A stretch of 64,000 bases of DNA from the human T2T-CHM13v2.0 reference genome, Homo sapiens: NCBI RefSeq assembly GCF_009914755.1, contig NC_060938.1; one strand, 5' to 3'. Shown in pieces: positions 13,061 through 25,994 of this stretch. The notes under the pieces are model-generated. The model saw nothing but the letters and a program-made list of their open reading frames with translations, did not search any database and was not told the origin of the DNA. The position numbers and the translations under genes are program-made. How positions within the stretch are numbered: position 1 is the first letter of the stretch; each line of letters starts with the position of its first letter.

Positions 13061-16000
13061 TATCAGTTCTAGTCTGTCTCTGTCACTTTCCACAATCTAA
13101 CCTGCCCTCCCAGCTTCAGTGGTTACTCAAATTTCAATGTCTCTGAGCGTTAGATGGCCAGCCCTGGCCTGCACCCCAGATTTACCCTAGAATTCATCTG
13201 CATGTGGGTGCCCACACACCTCCAATGCAAAGCGGAGCCCATCAGCCTCCCAGATTTGGCAGACTGTAGGATCTCAGTAAGTGTGAGCTATTTTTGTCTT
13301 TGTTCCACTAACAAAAATACTACTACTACTAACACTGCTACTAATACTCATGCTACAAAGAATAATCTCTTGCCCCTCTTTTGTTCCATTTCTGTTACTC
13401 AACACCACTGCCCCATCAGGCAGCCAGGGAGGACCCTGTGATCTTGGACTCTTCACTCCCATTCCCGGCAGTTAGTGGATTGTGTTTATTCTTCCACGGC
13501 CCTCTAGAATGTGCTTCCAACTCTTCCTTCCAATTAACTAGAAACTCTCCTAGTTGCTGAACTTGTCATGTGTTCTCAGCTATTGTCTCAGCCTCTAACT
13601 GCTCACCACCAGGCGCTACCTCTGCATTTAAGATTTATTCATCACGCTGTGGCTAGTGTCATCCCCTAAATTGCCGTGCAGCTCTCATCACTCACCTCGG
13701 ATGGATCCCACCGGCTGCCCCCCGCAGTTCCTCAGCCATCCCTGCATGCCAGCTGTACCAGGCACTTGTATGCCTCTGCATTTGTGCTGGCTGTGTCCTC
13801 AGGCGCATTTTCTTCCTTCATGCCTACTATGTTAATTCTGTTCGTCCTCATCTCTGGTCAAATGCCACCTCTTCCACGAGGCTGTCACTTGCCTTCCCAC
13901 CACCAGCCCCAGTGTTATTTGCCCCGTGCCTCTTCCAAGCTCTCACAGCACTTGATCTAAGTCTCTTTTCATTTCATCCGGCTGTGTATTATGAAGTTTG
14001 CTTGATTCTTCCCCCTTCTCTTGATTAGCTCCTGGATGAAGAGACACTGTCTTTGTCATCTGCGTATCCCCAAGAAACCCCTAGTGTGCTGCCTTACATG
14101 TAGTAGACACCTTGAAAACCTTTGTCAATTGAATCAAAGTTTGTTTGTGTGTGTGTGTGTTTTGTTTTTTCTTTTGGTTTGTTTTTTTTGTAAGTTGAGG
14201 ATGGCTGCATCTAAAGGGCTCAGGCCAAGGTATTAAAAACAAAACTGCTTGGTTATTCAAAAGGATTTATCAGAACCCCAAGAGGCTAAGTATCAAGCTA
14301 GTGAAAGGGTTATTCTGCCTGTCCCCAATTCCAAGGGTGCAGTTTTTAGAGGACGGACGGTCGTGTTTGGTCTACTTGTCGTCAGGCAAGGCCTCTTCCA
14401 CAGTGCCCCATGGAAGCTTGGGTTCAGTGCCAGGGGCAGGGAGGAATGGGCAAGCCTCTTGGACACTGGGGCTTCAGCCACCCTGGCATATAGAGTCCTG
14501 CACTGTTTGTCTTGCCCAGAAGAACAGGCTGTACCCACCCATTCACAAGATGTCCTCTCTCACATCATTGGCAGGCCTGGGAATTTCCCACAGGCCATCT
14601 GGGTGTGTTCTGCCGTCCTGTCTCCCAAGTTTTTTGCAGCATTGTTTCTTGTTAATTAGCTCTTAGAATAGCAACTGCTCTTCCATCAGGAATTGTATCC
14701 CGTTGACTTTCCTAAGGCAAGAATCTACTCATTTCTTTTTTGTAAGCATTTTCCCCCTTCCTGCCTGCATTGCACAGGCTTACTTAGTGAGAGCCCAAGC
14801 AGTGTGAACTAACTCCTAGCTCTTACAGAACTGAGTTACTTATAATATGCATCTCCTGAATCCTGGGTGACCACTGTAAGTGCCTGAAGTGGCAGCTGCT
14901 CTGACTGGGCCTGTGCAGCTCTGAATGCTGCATTTACTTTTGGGTCCTGCCTCCAACCCAGAACCACCTGTGGCCTTTAATTCCTGTTACTAGGAGAGAG
15001 GAGAAGCGATTAAACCCTGTCAGTATATTCATTTATTAGCTGCCCTTTGAAGCTTTTTTGAAAGCATTTTACAAGGTATATCCCGTCAGGTTGCTTAGGA
15101 ACTTTTGCAGCCTCCTTCTTCAACATTATCATTTTCATTTGAATCAACACTGGCAGCTTGACACCTCTGGACACCTGGCATGGCAGTGGGAGGTACCTCC
15201 AAACACTGTCTTTCCGTGTCTGCACCTTCAACAAGATTTTCTCTGTAAATTCAGCTCCAAAACAATTTTTATAAACACAGCATTACTTTTGTGTTGTTCA
15301 CAAATCAGATTTGGAAAGAGGTGCTTGGGGACTGTCATGAGTCTATTTAAAGATAACCTGATTTAAATAAAAACAAAAACAAAACTTTTTATCCAAGGCA
15401 ATTTTCTTTCAATATGGGAAATTAAATTAGCTTCAGTGTCTTTGAAATTGAGAACCACACTCCGGCCATGAAAAGTGAATTATCCTGTACTAATCCTTGC
15501 TCAGGAAGTGATCAAAACACCTTTCCTGGCTATTTTGTGAAAGCAGATTTAGCCCAGCATATTTTGATAGGAGCCCAGCACTAAGGAAGTTTCCCAACTG
15601 ATGGAAATACAGAGAATCTCTATGCACACATCGCTTAGCTGTGTGGCAGCGCTCGTTTTAGTTTTTGGTCTATGGAGCAATGGAATCTCAGTCATTGAAC
15701 CTACTTCGAAACAGCAGTGGTGGGGGGAACATCTTGAAGAAAAGCCTTTCATCTAGAGCTATGATATCTTCGCTGCATAAAGAAAAGTGGCCAACTTTGT
15801 TTTTTCTAGAGCCAGGACACAGACCTTTTCAGTATGTCACCTTTGCTGCTTCTTCACACAGATCTTCAAAAATAACGACTCTCTCTCCTCTCTGTGGTCT
15901 CGTCAGAGAGCAGGAATCCTGGCCAGCTGGTCAGGTCACTCAGAAAAATGGCACAGCTGTTTCTGAAAGTAGCCCCATTCATAAGATGTCTGCTGCCCAC

Positions 16001-16345
16001 AACTGCAGTGTTGGGGAAAGGCACACTGTTATAAAGAGCTTCTTTTCTTTAAAGAGGAAAGAAAAATACATGGTGTTTACAGAAAAGAAAACTGGACCCT
16101 CCTGCTTTCTTTTAGTGGCCATGTCTGAAATGGAAGTGGGAAAAGCCATAAATCCACACAGGCAATCGCGCCTATAAGGCATGATTCATACTGACTGTGC
16201 TGCCTGTGATGGAAAACCCAGCTAGTTAAGCAAGACCTGCCAGAAAGTCTCGCACAGCTCCTCTGCCATGGCTGATGCCTGCTGTCTTGTGACGTGCTGG
16301 TTGTATGTGAATGAATGATTGACACTTTCTCTCTCTCTCACTCAG

Positions 16346-16489
16346 TTCATGACCAAGAACCCCACCATGCGCTTGGGCAGCCTGACTCAGGGAGGCGAGC
16401 ACGCCATCTTGAGACATCCTTTTTTTAAGGAAATCGACTGGGCCCAGCTGAACCATCGCCAAATAGAACCGCCTTTCAGACCCAGAATC
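16346..16489 (+). CDS. PRKCH: Protein kinase C eta, penultimate coding exon (end of kinase domain / start of AGC C-tail)
   Basis: Pyrimidine tract ending ctcAG at 16345 and donor ATC|GTAAGT at 16490. The 144 nt, phase 0/0 exon encodes [48 protein letters not shown], with the HPFF..IDW and PPFxP motifs recognised as PKC-eta. Confidence 0.97.
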
Positions 16490-17180
16490 GTAAGTGTCCC
16501 AGGCTGTCACAGAGACATTCCTTTCTTCAGATGTCACAGCATTCCACCAAAGTCCGTAGAAGAGCTGGATGGCCCCTGTGGGTGACAGACCAGAAATTCA
16601 GCTGGATACTGCACAGGGCAGCCTCCCCTGGGGGGAATCTGGGCTCCTTGTCCATGGGACAACAATGTCTTCATGTGCCCACATTAATTCTTACCAAGTT
16701 TCACCCCTCGTTTACCCAATCTCCAACTTCTCTCAACCTAAATTAAAATCTTGTAGGGTATAAGAGGCCTGAAACTTTCCAGGTTTCCCCAAAAGAGTTT
16801 GGCTAATTGAGAAAGTCATTGTTCTGGCCAATTTCCTCATGCTCCTTGGGGCACTTTTTGTGCCTTTTCTAAGCCCCTGAGAAAGCAGAGTGGGTAGGAG
16901 ATGTTGCTCACTTCACTGAGCCTGGCCTCTTGGCTTGGAGAGCCTGGGTCTGTAATAGCTGCTGCAGTGCAGAGCCCAGGCCAGGCCAGGCTTCTTTGAC
17001 CAAAGAAATACTGGGATCTCCAGGGGCTCCTCTCCAAGCTCTGCAGCTGAGGCTGGTGGCCTTCCTGAGCGTGGTCCCGCTTGTGGTCTGAGAGCTGAGC
17101 TCGTGCTCATCTGTGGGTCAAGAGCTCCACAGGAGGAAGGCAGAGAAGCAAGGCTAGCGATAGATCAAGAGTGATGGGGA

Positions 17181-17483
17181 GACCTGGCGTGGTGGCTCAT
17201 GCCTATAATCCCAGCACTTTGGGAGGCCGAGGCAGATGGATCACTTGAGGTCAGGAGTTTGAGACTAGCCTGGCCAACATGGCAAAACCCCATCTCTACT
17301 AAAAATACAAAAAAAAAAAGCCTGGTGTGGTGATGCACACCTCTAATCCCTGCTACTCAGGAGGCTGAAGTAGAAGGATTGCTTGAACCTAGGAGGTGGA
17401 GATTGCAGTGAGCCGAGATTGCGTCATGCGCTCCAGCCTGGGCAACTGAGTTAGACTTTGTCTCAAAAAAAAAAAAAAAAAAA
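17181..17483 (+). mobile_element. AluS in the last PRKCH intron
   Basis: Full Alu dimer, poly(A) tail, TSD-like agtgat(g/a)g flanks. Confidence 0.93.
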
Positions 17484-18288
17484 GTGATAGAGAAATATCA
17501 TTGATTAAGGTAAGAGCAGTGAGATGTGTGATACTCACTTAGAAATGATCTTTGCAGCGTTTGTTTATACAGATATAAAATACTCAACTTTTAAAAACAT
17601 ACAGTGCACTTAATCACTAACAGCCTACTAGGCTGTTGGACACCAGGCACCCAGAGGTAAAGCCGTTCCTTCAATGGTCAGCCCCCTGCCAGCGCCCCTG
17701 GGATTAGGGAGAGCATGGCCTTCAGAGGCTGGAGCCTGTAGTCCTAACTGCACAGCTGGTCCAGCAGGGCGTAACGCATCTACCTAGAGAGTAAAATGAC
17801 CAACAGTTGTTCCCTAAGCTCAGCACTTGCAAGAAATCTTTTGGGAAGATCTCTTCAAATGTCTAGAACTCTGCGCAAACAATAGGTAGGACAAGTGTGA
17901 ACCTACCCAACCTCTGTTGACAAATACAGCTGCACACCCCTCAGCGAGGCCTGCTGTGAAATGCCACCTTGGTGAAATGAGAATAAAGGGTGAGTGAGCC
18001 AGCTGCTTTTGGATGACCAAATTAATTCTTAGCCTCCCATTAAGACAGGCCTGCTCAGCAAGATTTTCATGGGATTAGTGAATTGGTGGTTGCCAAATGC
18101 CATAATAATGCACCATGCAGTAGACTTGCTGTAAAGCACAGTTTCATCATAACAATAACTGTAAATAATGCTACTGAACAAGCTACAGAGCACTCCTCTG
18201 AACTCACTGGAATGGGCTATATCCCATGCAAGATGAGTAAGCCTCAAGCGCAAAAATCTCACCCTTGTTTCCCTTTTTTTTTTGGCAG

Positions 18289-18435
18289 AAATCCCGAGAA
18301 GATGTCAGTAATTTTGACCCTGACTTCATAAAGGAAGAGCCAGTTTTAACTCCAATTGATGAGGGACATCTTCCAATGATTAACCAGGATGAGTTTAGAA
18401 ACTTTTCCTATGTGTCTCCAGAATTGCAACCATAG
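18289..18435 (+). CDS. PRKCH: Protein kinase C eta, last coding exon
   Basis: Acceptor cccttttttttttggcAG ends at 18288. Encodes KSREDVSNFDPDFIKEEPVLTPIDEGHLPMINQDEFRNFSYVSPELQP-TAG, with the NFD motif, turn motif (LTP) and hydrophobic motif (FRNFSY). In frame with the previous exon. Confidence 0.97.
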   Translation, partial: KSREDVSNFDPDFIKEEPVLTPIDEGHLPMINQDEFRNFSYVSPELQP

Positions 18436-19580
18436 CCTTATGGGGAGTGAGAGAGAGGGCACGAGAACCCAAAGGGAATAGAGATTCTCCAGGAATTTCC
18501 TCTATGGGACCTTCCCAGCATCAGCCTTAGAACAAGAACCTTACCTTCAAGGAGCAAGTGAAGAACTCTGTGAAGGATGGAACTTTCAGATATCAACTAT
18601 TTAGAGTCCAGAGGGAGCCATGGCACTAGAAATAGTTGATAATGAAATGAGATTTTATGAAGTATACCGCTCCACCTATGAGCGTCTGTCTCTGTGGGCT
18701 TGGGATGTTAACAGGAGCCAAAAGGAGGGAAAGTGTGAAGAATAAAGTAGATCTGAGAAATTCTGAGCCAATCAGGCTTCTTAATTCAAGAGACAAACCA
18801 AGACGTTCTGTCAACTGTGCTGTGCTCTTCTTTAAGCCAATGAACCCCAATTCCTGGCAGTCTACAAGAAGTCTCTTAATGCTAATGAAGAATTTAAAGG
18901 TCTTTTTAAGGAAATGAAGGGCTTTCCAAATAGAATGATTTACTCTGAAGAAACAAACAATGGTATCTCTGAAACTCACAACCTAAAGCCCAATCTTGAA
19001 AATATGTTGTGCACCAAGACGACTGCTTCAGCTTCTTCTCTTATCCTTACTTTCTTTAATAGATATTTATTAAACTGTCCAGTGAAAAGGTGCCACAATG
19101 CCCAGTATTGTAAACAACAGGTTTGCATTCATGAAGCTTTCATTCATTCTGGAGTCTACTAATTTACCTGAATGGTGTTTGCATTCTGTGAAATGCCTCT
19201 CCACGTTGCATATGTCACACTTTTGTCTGCACATAACTCTTTTTTCACAAGAAGGGTCACTGCCACAACAGCACAGTCAGCGGGTGAATTACAGGTGCCT
19301 GCTGCCTGCCTACCTGGGTAATCTGATCTTGTCTGTATCGCCGTGTGCTCATCACTGAAGAATTGCAGGCCACTCATGTCAGTGACCAGATTTGTGGCTT
19401 ATAAACATTAGCAGTTTATTTATGTTTTAAGATGCAAAGATGTGTGTTTGATATTCACTTTAATAATTAGAAATGGATCTTGTAAACAGGGCATATATCA
19501 AAGATGACCTTATAATATGTACCCGAATATACAGTTCAAGAATTTTGTCTGACTGGAAATAAATGCATTTTGTAGCAAAA
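18436..19580 (+). other. PRKCH: PRKCH 3' UTR
   Basis: Runs from the stop codon to ~15-20 nt past AATAAA at 19558. No recognisable interspersed repeat; AU-rich distal part. Confidence 0.85.
19558..19563 (+). terminator. Main polyadenylation signal AATAAA of PRKCH
   Basis: AATAAA with upstream TGTA elements (19481, 19518) and a downstream GT/T-rich stretch (gtgttttgac, tttgtct). A second AATAAA lies at 19642. Confidence 0.8.
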
Positions 19581-19799
19581 GGAAGTGTTTTGACTAGAAT
19601 GATTTGTCTCCTTCCCACTAAGACAGTAGATTTCCAATCAAAATAAAACCTTGAGCAGAATGGGTAGAACTCAACTCACAGAAAATTCCTGAGAGGAGAG
19701 GTTGATGTAAGTTCTTCTGTGATTCTCTGAAGTAGATGTGGCCTGTCTCTTACTGACCAAAACTTCTGTCCTGAATGAGGGTGATGACTGCTAAGCATA

Positions 19800-20120
19800 G
19801 CTGTAACAGACCAACCCTCAAGATCTCAGGGGCTAGACACCATAAATGTTTATTTCTCATTCACATAAAGTAGCATGTAAGTTCAACAATCTTCCTCCAT
19901 CTTATAACTACACTATCTGGAAAATGTAGCTTTCCAAAGTCTCCAGAGCAAGGAAGAGACATGGAGGGGGCGCCGGCTGCCTGCCTGCCTCTCCTAGGAG
20001 GGACACACCTCACCTCTTCTCACAATGACTGGCTAAAACATGGCTTCCCTCTAACTACAGACGGGATAGGGGAATTATAGAGCAGCTGAGGAGTAGCTGG
20101 CTAGTACTGACAGTCTCTTC
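19800..20120 (-). mobile_element. MaLR LTR (MLT1-like), degraded
   Basis: gctgtaacagaccaaccctcaagatctcagggg...aatgtttatttctcattcaca. Confidence 0.55.
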
Positions 20121-21279
20121 TCTGTCATAGGTTCTTTTTTTTGCATTCCAATGCGAACACTTACTTTTGAATGAATAAAGTAGCTAGGAACTTCCCTTTC
20201 CATTTGTGTAGCACTTACCACTCATAGTCATCACTCTCACCCACATCATGCCACTAGATCTTCATGACGTGCCCACTATTCCCACTGATGATAGTGTGAG
20301 TACTGCAGTACATACTACAAATGGCAAGAGAGGCTCAGAGAAGTTGAGTTCATTGGTTTCCCAAAGGGTTCAGGCTTGGTAAAGAGTAGATCCAGCTCTA
20401 GGGTCTAAATCTTTGATGCTGTAGTCTGGGAAAGGGAAGGATCATTCTGACTTTGGGACTTTTTTGGCCTTCATAGCTCCTCCACTTTGGGTCTTCTATT
20501 GCTCTGTGGGATTGATTAACTTTTTGTTATGGTTCACTCCACTCTGGTAAACAACCACGAAAAATAAAGCATGCCTCCTGTTTCATTCACAAAACTCATT
20601 ATCATAGCCACGCAGAGCCAAAACACTGTCTTTGGTAAGTCTGTGATCACTCAGCAGCTTCCTTCTTCACAATTGCTTCTCAAGCCCACTACCTGGGTTC
20701 CCCAGTTTGGGTTGAGTCCATTCTTTTGAGGCTATTTATTCCATGCCTATCAGGTTATTCAATAGCTAATGTTTATATCTGAGAAGAGAGAAGATACACA
20801 GGATATTTACCTAAAGCTCAAATGAGTCTTCAATTCCTGGTTACAATTCTACTTCACATCTTTCTTCAGTTCTGCTAGACCTGGCATCCCCTTCCAAGGG
20901 ATCACAAGGCTGTCTTGCCCACACTTCCTGAAGAAGGCTGGCACACAGCAGGTAGCGAGCCATTCAGGCAACTGGGCCAGAGTCCACTGGGGCTGCTGGG
21001 TTCCCTCAGCACAGTGGGCAGCATGGAGGTCAAGACGAGGTCACATTGGGACCTTTCACTCCCTCAGGTCCATCTTAAGACATCGTCAGGCCTTATCATC
21101 CCACTGTCCTTCCCAGCCAGTCCTCATCCCACACCCATTTGCTCCTGCTCTCCCAAGCTATTCCACGGTGACCTAACTGAATTAGACACATGGCCTTGAG
21201 TGTTTGAAAGGACAATAACTTCAAGCCTTTGCTTTGGGATGTGGGTCAGCCTTTGACTGCCAAAGTTGCTTTCACTTAA

Positions 21280-21500
21280 TGGCTAACATGTTGCATGTTT
21301 ATTACATGTGAAGCCCTGTTCTAAATACTTTAAGTGTATTTACTTATTCAATACCCCCCATGAGGTGGGTACTCTCAGTTTCATTGTACAGATGGGGGAA
21401 AGTGAAGTACAAGAGATTAAGTCACTTGTCTAAATTCACACAACTAAAGCAGTGGGGTCAGGATTTGGATCAAGCAGTTTAACTCCAGAGTCCCTACTTT
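21280..21500 (-). mobile_element. MIR SINE
   Basis: Antisense core tgaggtgggtact...cattgtacagatgggggaaagtgaagtacaagagattaagtcacttgtc. Confidence 0.7.
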
Positions 21501-22017
21501 TAGCTCAGTTCAGTGAGGTTCTTCTATGAAAGCGAATTCTATTTTTCCACCTTTGTGGGGTTGGCAGGAAGCACCAAGATAAACTGCCAGCTGGGCAGGA
21601 CAGTATTAGCCCTCCCCTGGGTAGAACAATTTATCAGCAGTGGGACTGCATGATTTGCATATCAAGGGGCTGGAGCTGCTAACCCCAGTTCTTGGAACTG
21701 GGGCAGGCCAGGGTGATGCAATCAGGACTTCAACCTCCCTGAATAGGGGAAGAGGAAGTAGTCTGGTTCTCTCTGAATCCCGTGAGCCCCATCTGAACCC
21801 CTGGGGTAACTTCTGAGCCTTGGTGGAGTTTCCAGCCCTTTCTCCCCTCGTAGAGGAGCCACTTCATGTTTTAGTAACTCTTCATCACCCACCCCGCCAG
21901 CTCATGCAGCAGCGTCAGGAAGAAGGTGCGCAGCCTGGAACCTACCTTGGCAGCTGCATGTTTACAGCTATGAAGCTGAGCTGGTGTAACATGTTAGCAA
22001 AGAAAAGAGCAAAAATA

Positions 22018-22325
22018 GACCAGGCACGGTGGCTCACGCCTGTAATCTCAGTACTTTGGGAGGCCGAGGTAGGTGGATAACTTGAGATCAGGAGCTCAAG
22101 ACCAGCCTGGCCAACATGGTGAAACCCCGTCTCTACTAAAAAATTACAAAAGTTAGCCGGGCGTGGTGGTGGGCGCCTGTAATCCCAGCTACTCAGGAGG
22201 CTGAGGCAGGAGAATAGTTTCAACCCTGGAGGTGGAGGCTGCAATGAGCTGAGATCACGCCACTGCACTCCAGCCTGGGCGACAGAGGGAGACCCTGTCT
22301 CAAAAAAAAAAAAACAAAAAAAAGC
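22018..22325 (+). mobile_element. AluS, full length
   Basis: Alu dimer, poly(A), TSD-like agcaaaaata. Confidence 0.93.
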
Positions 22326-22372
22326 AAAGCAAAAATAAAAGCATCCCATTTGTCATTTATTGATCTTAATTG

Positions 22373-22448
22373 AATCCTGACCTCAGATGATCTGCCCGCC
22401 TCGGCCTCCCAAAGTGCTGGAATTACAGGCATGAGCCACCACACCCCG
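22373..22448 (-). mobile_element. 3'-truncated (tailless) Alu 5' fragment with 11-bp TSD
   Basis: Reverse complement matches Alu consensus positions ~4-78. Flanked by GATCTTAATTG at 22362-22372 and 22449-22459. Confidence 0.85.
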
Positions 22449-24914
22449 GATCTTAATTGGGTACACATTGCCTTGAAAATATTCCAGCCACGGATTTGAC
22501 CATTTCACATGCCAACATGATAAAGCTGTTCATTATTCCCAGGTTTGGTCATCCTGGTTGCTTAATCTAGCAATGTTGACTTAAAATGACTAGACAGCCC
22601 ACAGTGATTGCCCCCGGCTCAGGGTCACACTGGGCCCTGTAACTTCTCATTTTACATCATCCAAGGATAAGACTCCAGTACAACTGTAGTAGATGTTTGT
22701 GATGAAAATGAGCCCTTTGCTGAGATGTTCCTCTGAATTGAGTTGCAAGTTGGCCAAAGCTGGCCAGAGTGCAGCTGTAAAGGGAGCTTTGTAGTCTCCT
22801 TTTGTTCCTTTGTTGAATTGTAACCAAAGCTAAGGGAGCTACCCTGGGCTTTATCCCGTCCCCACCTCTTCACCTCCACTGCCCTGCCAACTGTTCTTTC
22901 CCTCCTCCTGCTTCCTGGCTCTTTACTCCCCTACCGAGTACGTCGGTTCTGCACTCTCTCTCCCTGCACCACTTGATTCTTAGAGCCAAACTGTTATATA
23001 GCCAGTTTTCCAACCATCAAGATGGCATAAAATTTTGATTTGCATATTTATTTTATAGGCTCTTTTAGAGCCCAGAAATGGCAGTCACCTTTCCCATGTG
23101 TTTCTGCGTCTTTGGCATCACCCTGTGTCAGCAGCACTGAGTGCCTAGGTGAGCCACCCTACCCTATGCTGCCCGTGCAGTCTAGGGGGCAAGATGTCAC
23201 ATGGGTAAGAGCCCTGGCTGGTAAGAGTAGTGGGCAGCCCTGGGGGCTGAATCCACACTTACTGAATGTTCTTGAGAAAAGCTAGTTCTTTCTCCAATTT
23301 CAACTTTCTCATTTGTGAAATGGGAGTGAGCATAGCGCCTGCCTGCCTTCTGTTAATACTGCAGGGATTAACTGTGATACATTGTCAAGCGTTTGCCACA
23401 GGGCTGGGACACAGAAATGCTCAATCGATGTTGGCTATTATTATCGTCAGCTCTCCCACAGAGGGCTAAGGGAAGGTTGCTTGTGATGTCCATCTGAAAA
23501 TGGACAGAGAGGGACACTCGTGCTCTCCATGATGCCCATCCCTTTGGATGCCGATGCCATGCCACTCCAATTTGGAGGGATTTCACTTTTCTAACTGGCT
23601 GCAGAACCTCCTCAGGAGACCTTATTCTTTTCCTAGGATGTTTTGAGTCCATCCTGCCCCAACTGACATACAGGTTCAGCCTTAAGTTTGATATTCTGCT
23701 GCTCTCCTTTGAGGCCAAGAAATATCCACAATTTTCCCAAATGGCTTTTCTTACCAGTCTCAGGAATTGTTTTGTCCTTCCAGATCTAACACAAAGGTAC
23801 ATTTTATTCACTTCTGACTGAATAACACAGGGACCACACCCAGCATCAGTACCTGCCGGGCACCCCCAGTTACTCACCATGCCTGTGCGCCAGTTCAGAG
23901 AAGAAAGGACATGTGTCAAGATGTTCAGTAGGGTCTGGCATGCCTAAGAATTTGAAGCCAATAGTAGAACCAAGAACCAAAGGCATTTTCTTCCTAATTT
24001 AAGGTATCTGTGAAGAAGTTTCTAGTAAAACAAGAGTCTCCATAGTCCTGTGTATTCTTAATGGAAAAGGCCTCAGCACTCCTATCCCCTTGCAACAGCC
24101 CTTCCAGATCACCCAGGTCTGCCTTTCTTATGCCACCAAGGCAGTTCTTACCCCACAGAGGCATCATTCTTCCAAGGCCTTAGGCCACAGTTAGAAGAAT
24201 TTAGGCTAGACAAAGTGAAGATTGTGTAGGCACCGAGTGTGGTCAGACATGCAAGTGGATTGCAGAGGGTGAGACAGGAATCTTCTTTGGATACATTTCA
24301 AATTAGAAACCAGGATAGTCTAGTAGTCATTTGACCTGAAAGAGCCAGAAATAACTTAGATGACCTCTCGAGTTCTTGTAGCCTTGTACTCATGGCTAAA
24401 AGTGAACAGAGGGATATGGTCAGTTGGTCTCCCCTGATAGACGCCAACCCACACTACTCCCACCATATAGAAAACCTCTGTCACTCGAATTTTCTCCCTG
24501 TCCATCTCTGTACAACCTGCATGCCCTAGCACACCTATGTGCCTTCTCTGCATGCTCTCTCAATCCCAGGATTCCCTTCAGGCTCACATAGATCACTTGT
24601 CCCTCAAGTCACATACTTGACAATATCTTATACCTGATTGCCTTTCATAGTTCTCATGCTCATTCATACGTGGAAAACAGGAAAACTTTACAAAGTTAAA
24701 ATCAGCACAAGAAGTTCACAAGAAATATAAGCCCCCTTCTGACAATAGAGCATTTGTGGATGAAAGAGAAAGCAGGATTCCTCAACTCTGTTCTTTTTTT
24801 TTTTCTCAAGGAGAATGATTTTTGAGATGAAACAAGTACAATACTCACTGATAAAAATGAATCGTAGCCCAAAGTAAATAAAGGGATTATACGAAGCATT
24901 CAATGAGAATAGGC

Positions 24915-25135
24915 AGAATTGCAGAACAATTATTGAAGCAGTAATTTATGAGCACTGGAAGTGGTGTTGATCATTAGGGCTGTGCAGGGGTTTATAAAGA
25001 ACAGGTCTTCTAAGTCGAATCTCATTTTCTTCTTTGATGGTTCCTGGACTGGTTGATCAAGGATAGGTGAACATTTTTGCATAGCTGAACTTCAGCGACA
25101 TACATGACAAAGTCTCGCCCCATTTCCTTATGGCC
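24915..25135 (+). mobile_element. CR1/L3 LINE ORF2 (reverse transcriptase) fossil
   Basis: Broken translation GFIKNRSSKSNLIFFFD / GLVDQG / LNFSDIHDKVS resembles the CR1 RT motif (HGF..RSC.TNLI.FFD..T.LVD.G...LDFSKAFDKV). Confidence 0.7.
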
Positions 25136-25994
25136 AAGCTGGATTCAAGACACCATGGTACTGAAAATGTGGGGATTAATAGGTTAGTGTCAGTCTGGAA
25201 TAGTGGTTCTGCCACCTTGCGTAACCCCTGCTCCCCTTGGATTAACAGACAAATTTCAAGTCTTAATCCTATTTGAGATTTCATACCGTCAACATTATGA
25301 CTAAACACAAAAATTAAACAGTGGGACAAAGGGCTACTTTGTTTTCAAGCTATTCATGCCCTCCCAGAAGACTGTGATATAGAAAAGCACATGAGTTTAG
25401 AGAGTCAGACATTCACTAAACTAATATTTATTGAGCATCTATTATATTTCAGGCATATTGTGGTTGCTGGAAAAACTAGAGTGAAAAAGACACCAAAGAT
25501 CCCTGCCTTCGTGGAATTTACATTCTAATCAAGACATGTTATATTGTTTACCCAAATTAACCCAATGGTAAGGCAGCCCTGTGGTCGGTCTGTCTTCATA
25601 ACTGTATCCATGGCACCTGGCATATTGTAGGTGCTTAAGACATATATGGTGTTGAACGATAAAATCAGAGCTGGGTGTCAGACACACACTTTTTGACTCC
25701 AAAGATAACACTCTTTCATAGCTGTATGCCAGAACAAATGGAAGAAATAAACTGTACTTGGGTCTGAAAAAGCTCATTATATCAGGATGAGATGGAGGCA
25801 ATAGGTCTTGACAGCATGAGTAAAAATTAGGCAGAGGCAAAGAGAATACATTCAATATATTTATTCATCTGACAAATATTAGGATTTATCAGAACCTTTT
25901 CCAAGTGATAGGGCCAGAACAATGAGCAAGGAAGTCATAGTCTCTACCATTCTGGAGCTTAGAATCTAGTGAATATACAACAGGGTGCTGTGGC

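Larger units (their letters stand above)
1..16345 (+). other. PRKCH: PRKCH intron (5' end outside the window)
   Basis: No kinase-coding sequence upstream of 16346 within the window; repeat-rich. Confidence 0.85.

Noticed and set aside
16319-16585. 88-aa ORF as a stand-alone gene
   Set aside because: It is the PRKCH exon 16346-16489 plus intronic read-through.
18083-18331. 82-aa ORF overlapping the last exon
   Set aside because: Wrong frame; the true frame starts after the AG at 18288.
23368-23919. 183-aa minus-strand ORF
   Set aside because: Non-ATG start, no recognisable homology, ends in a MIR.
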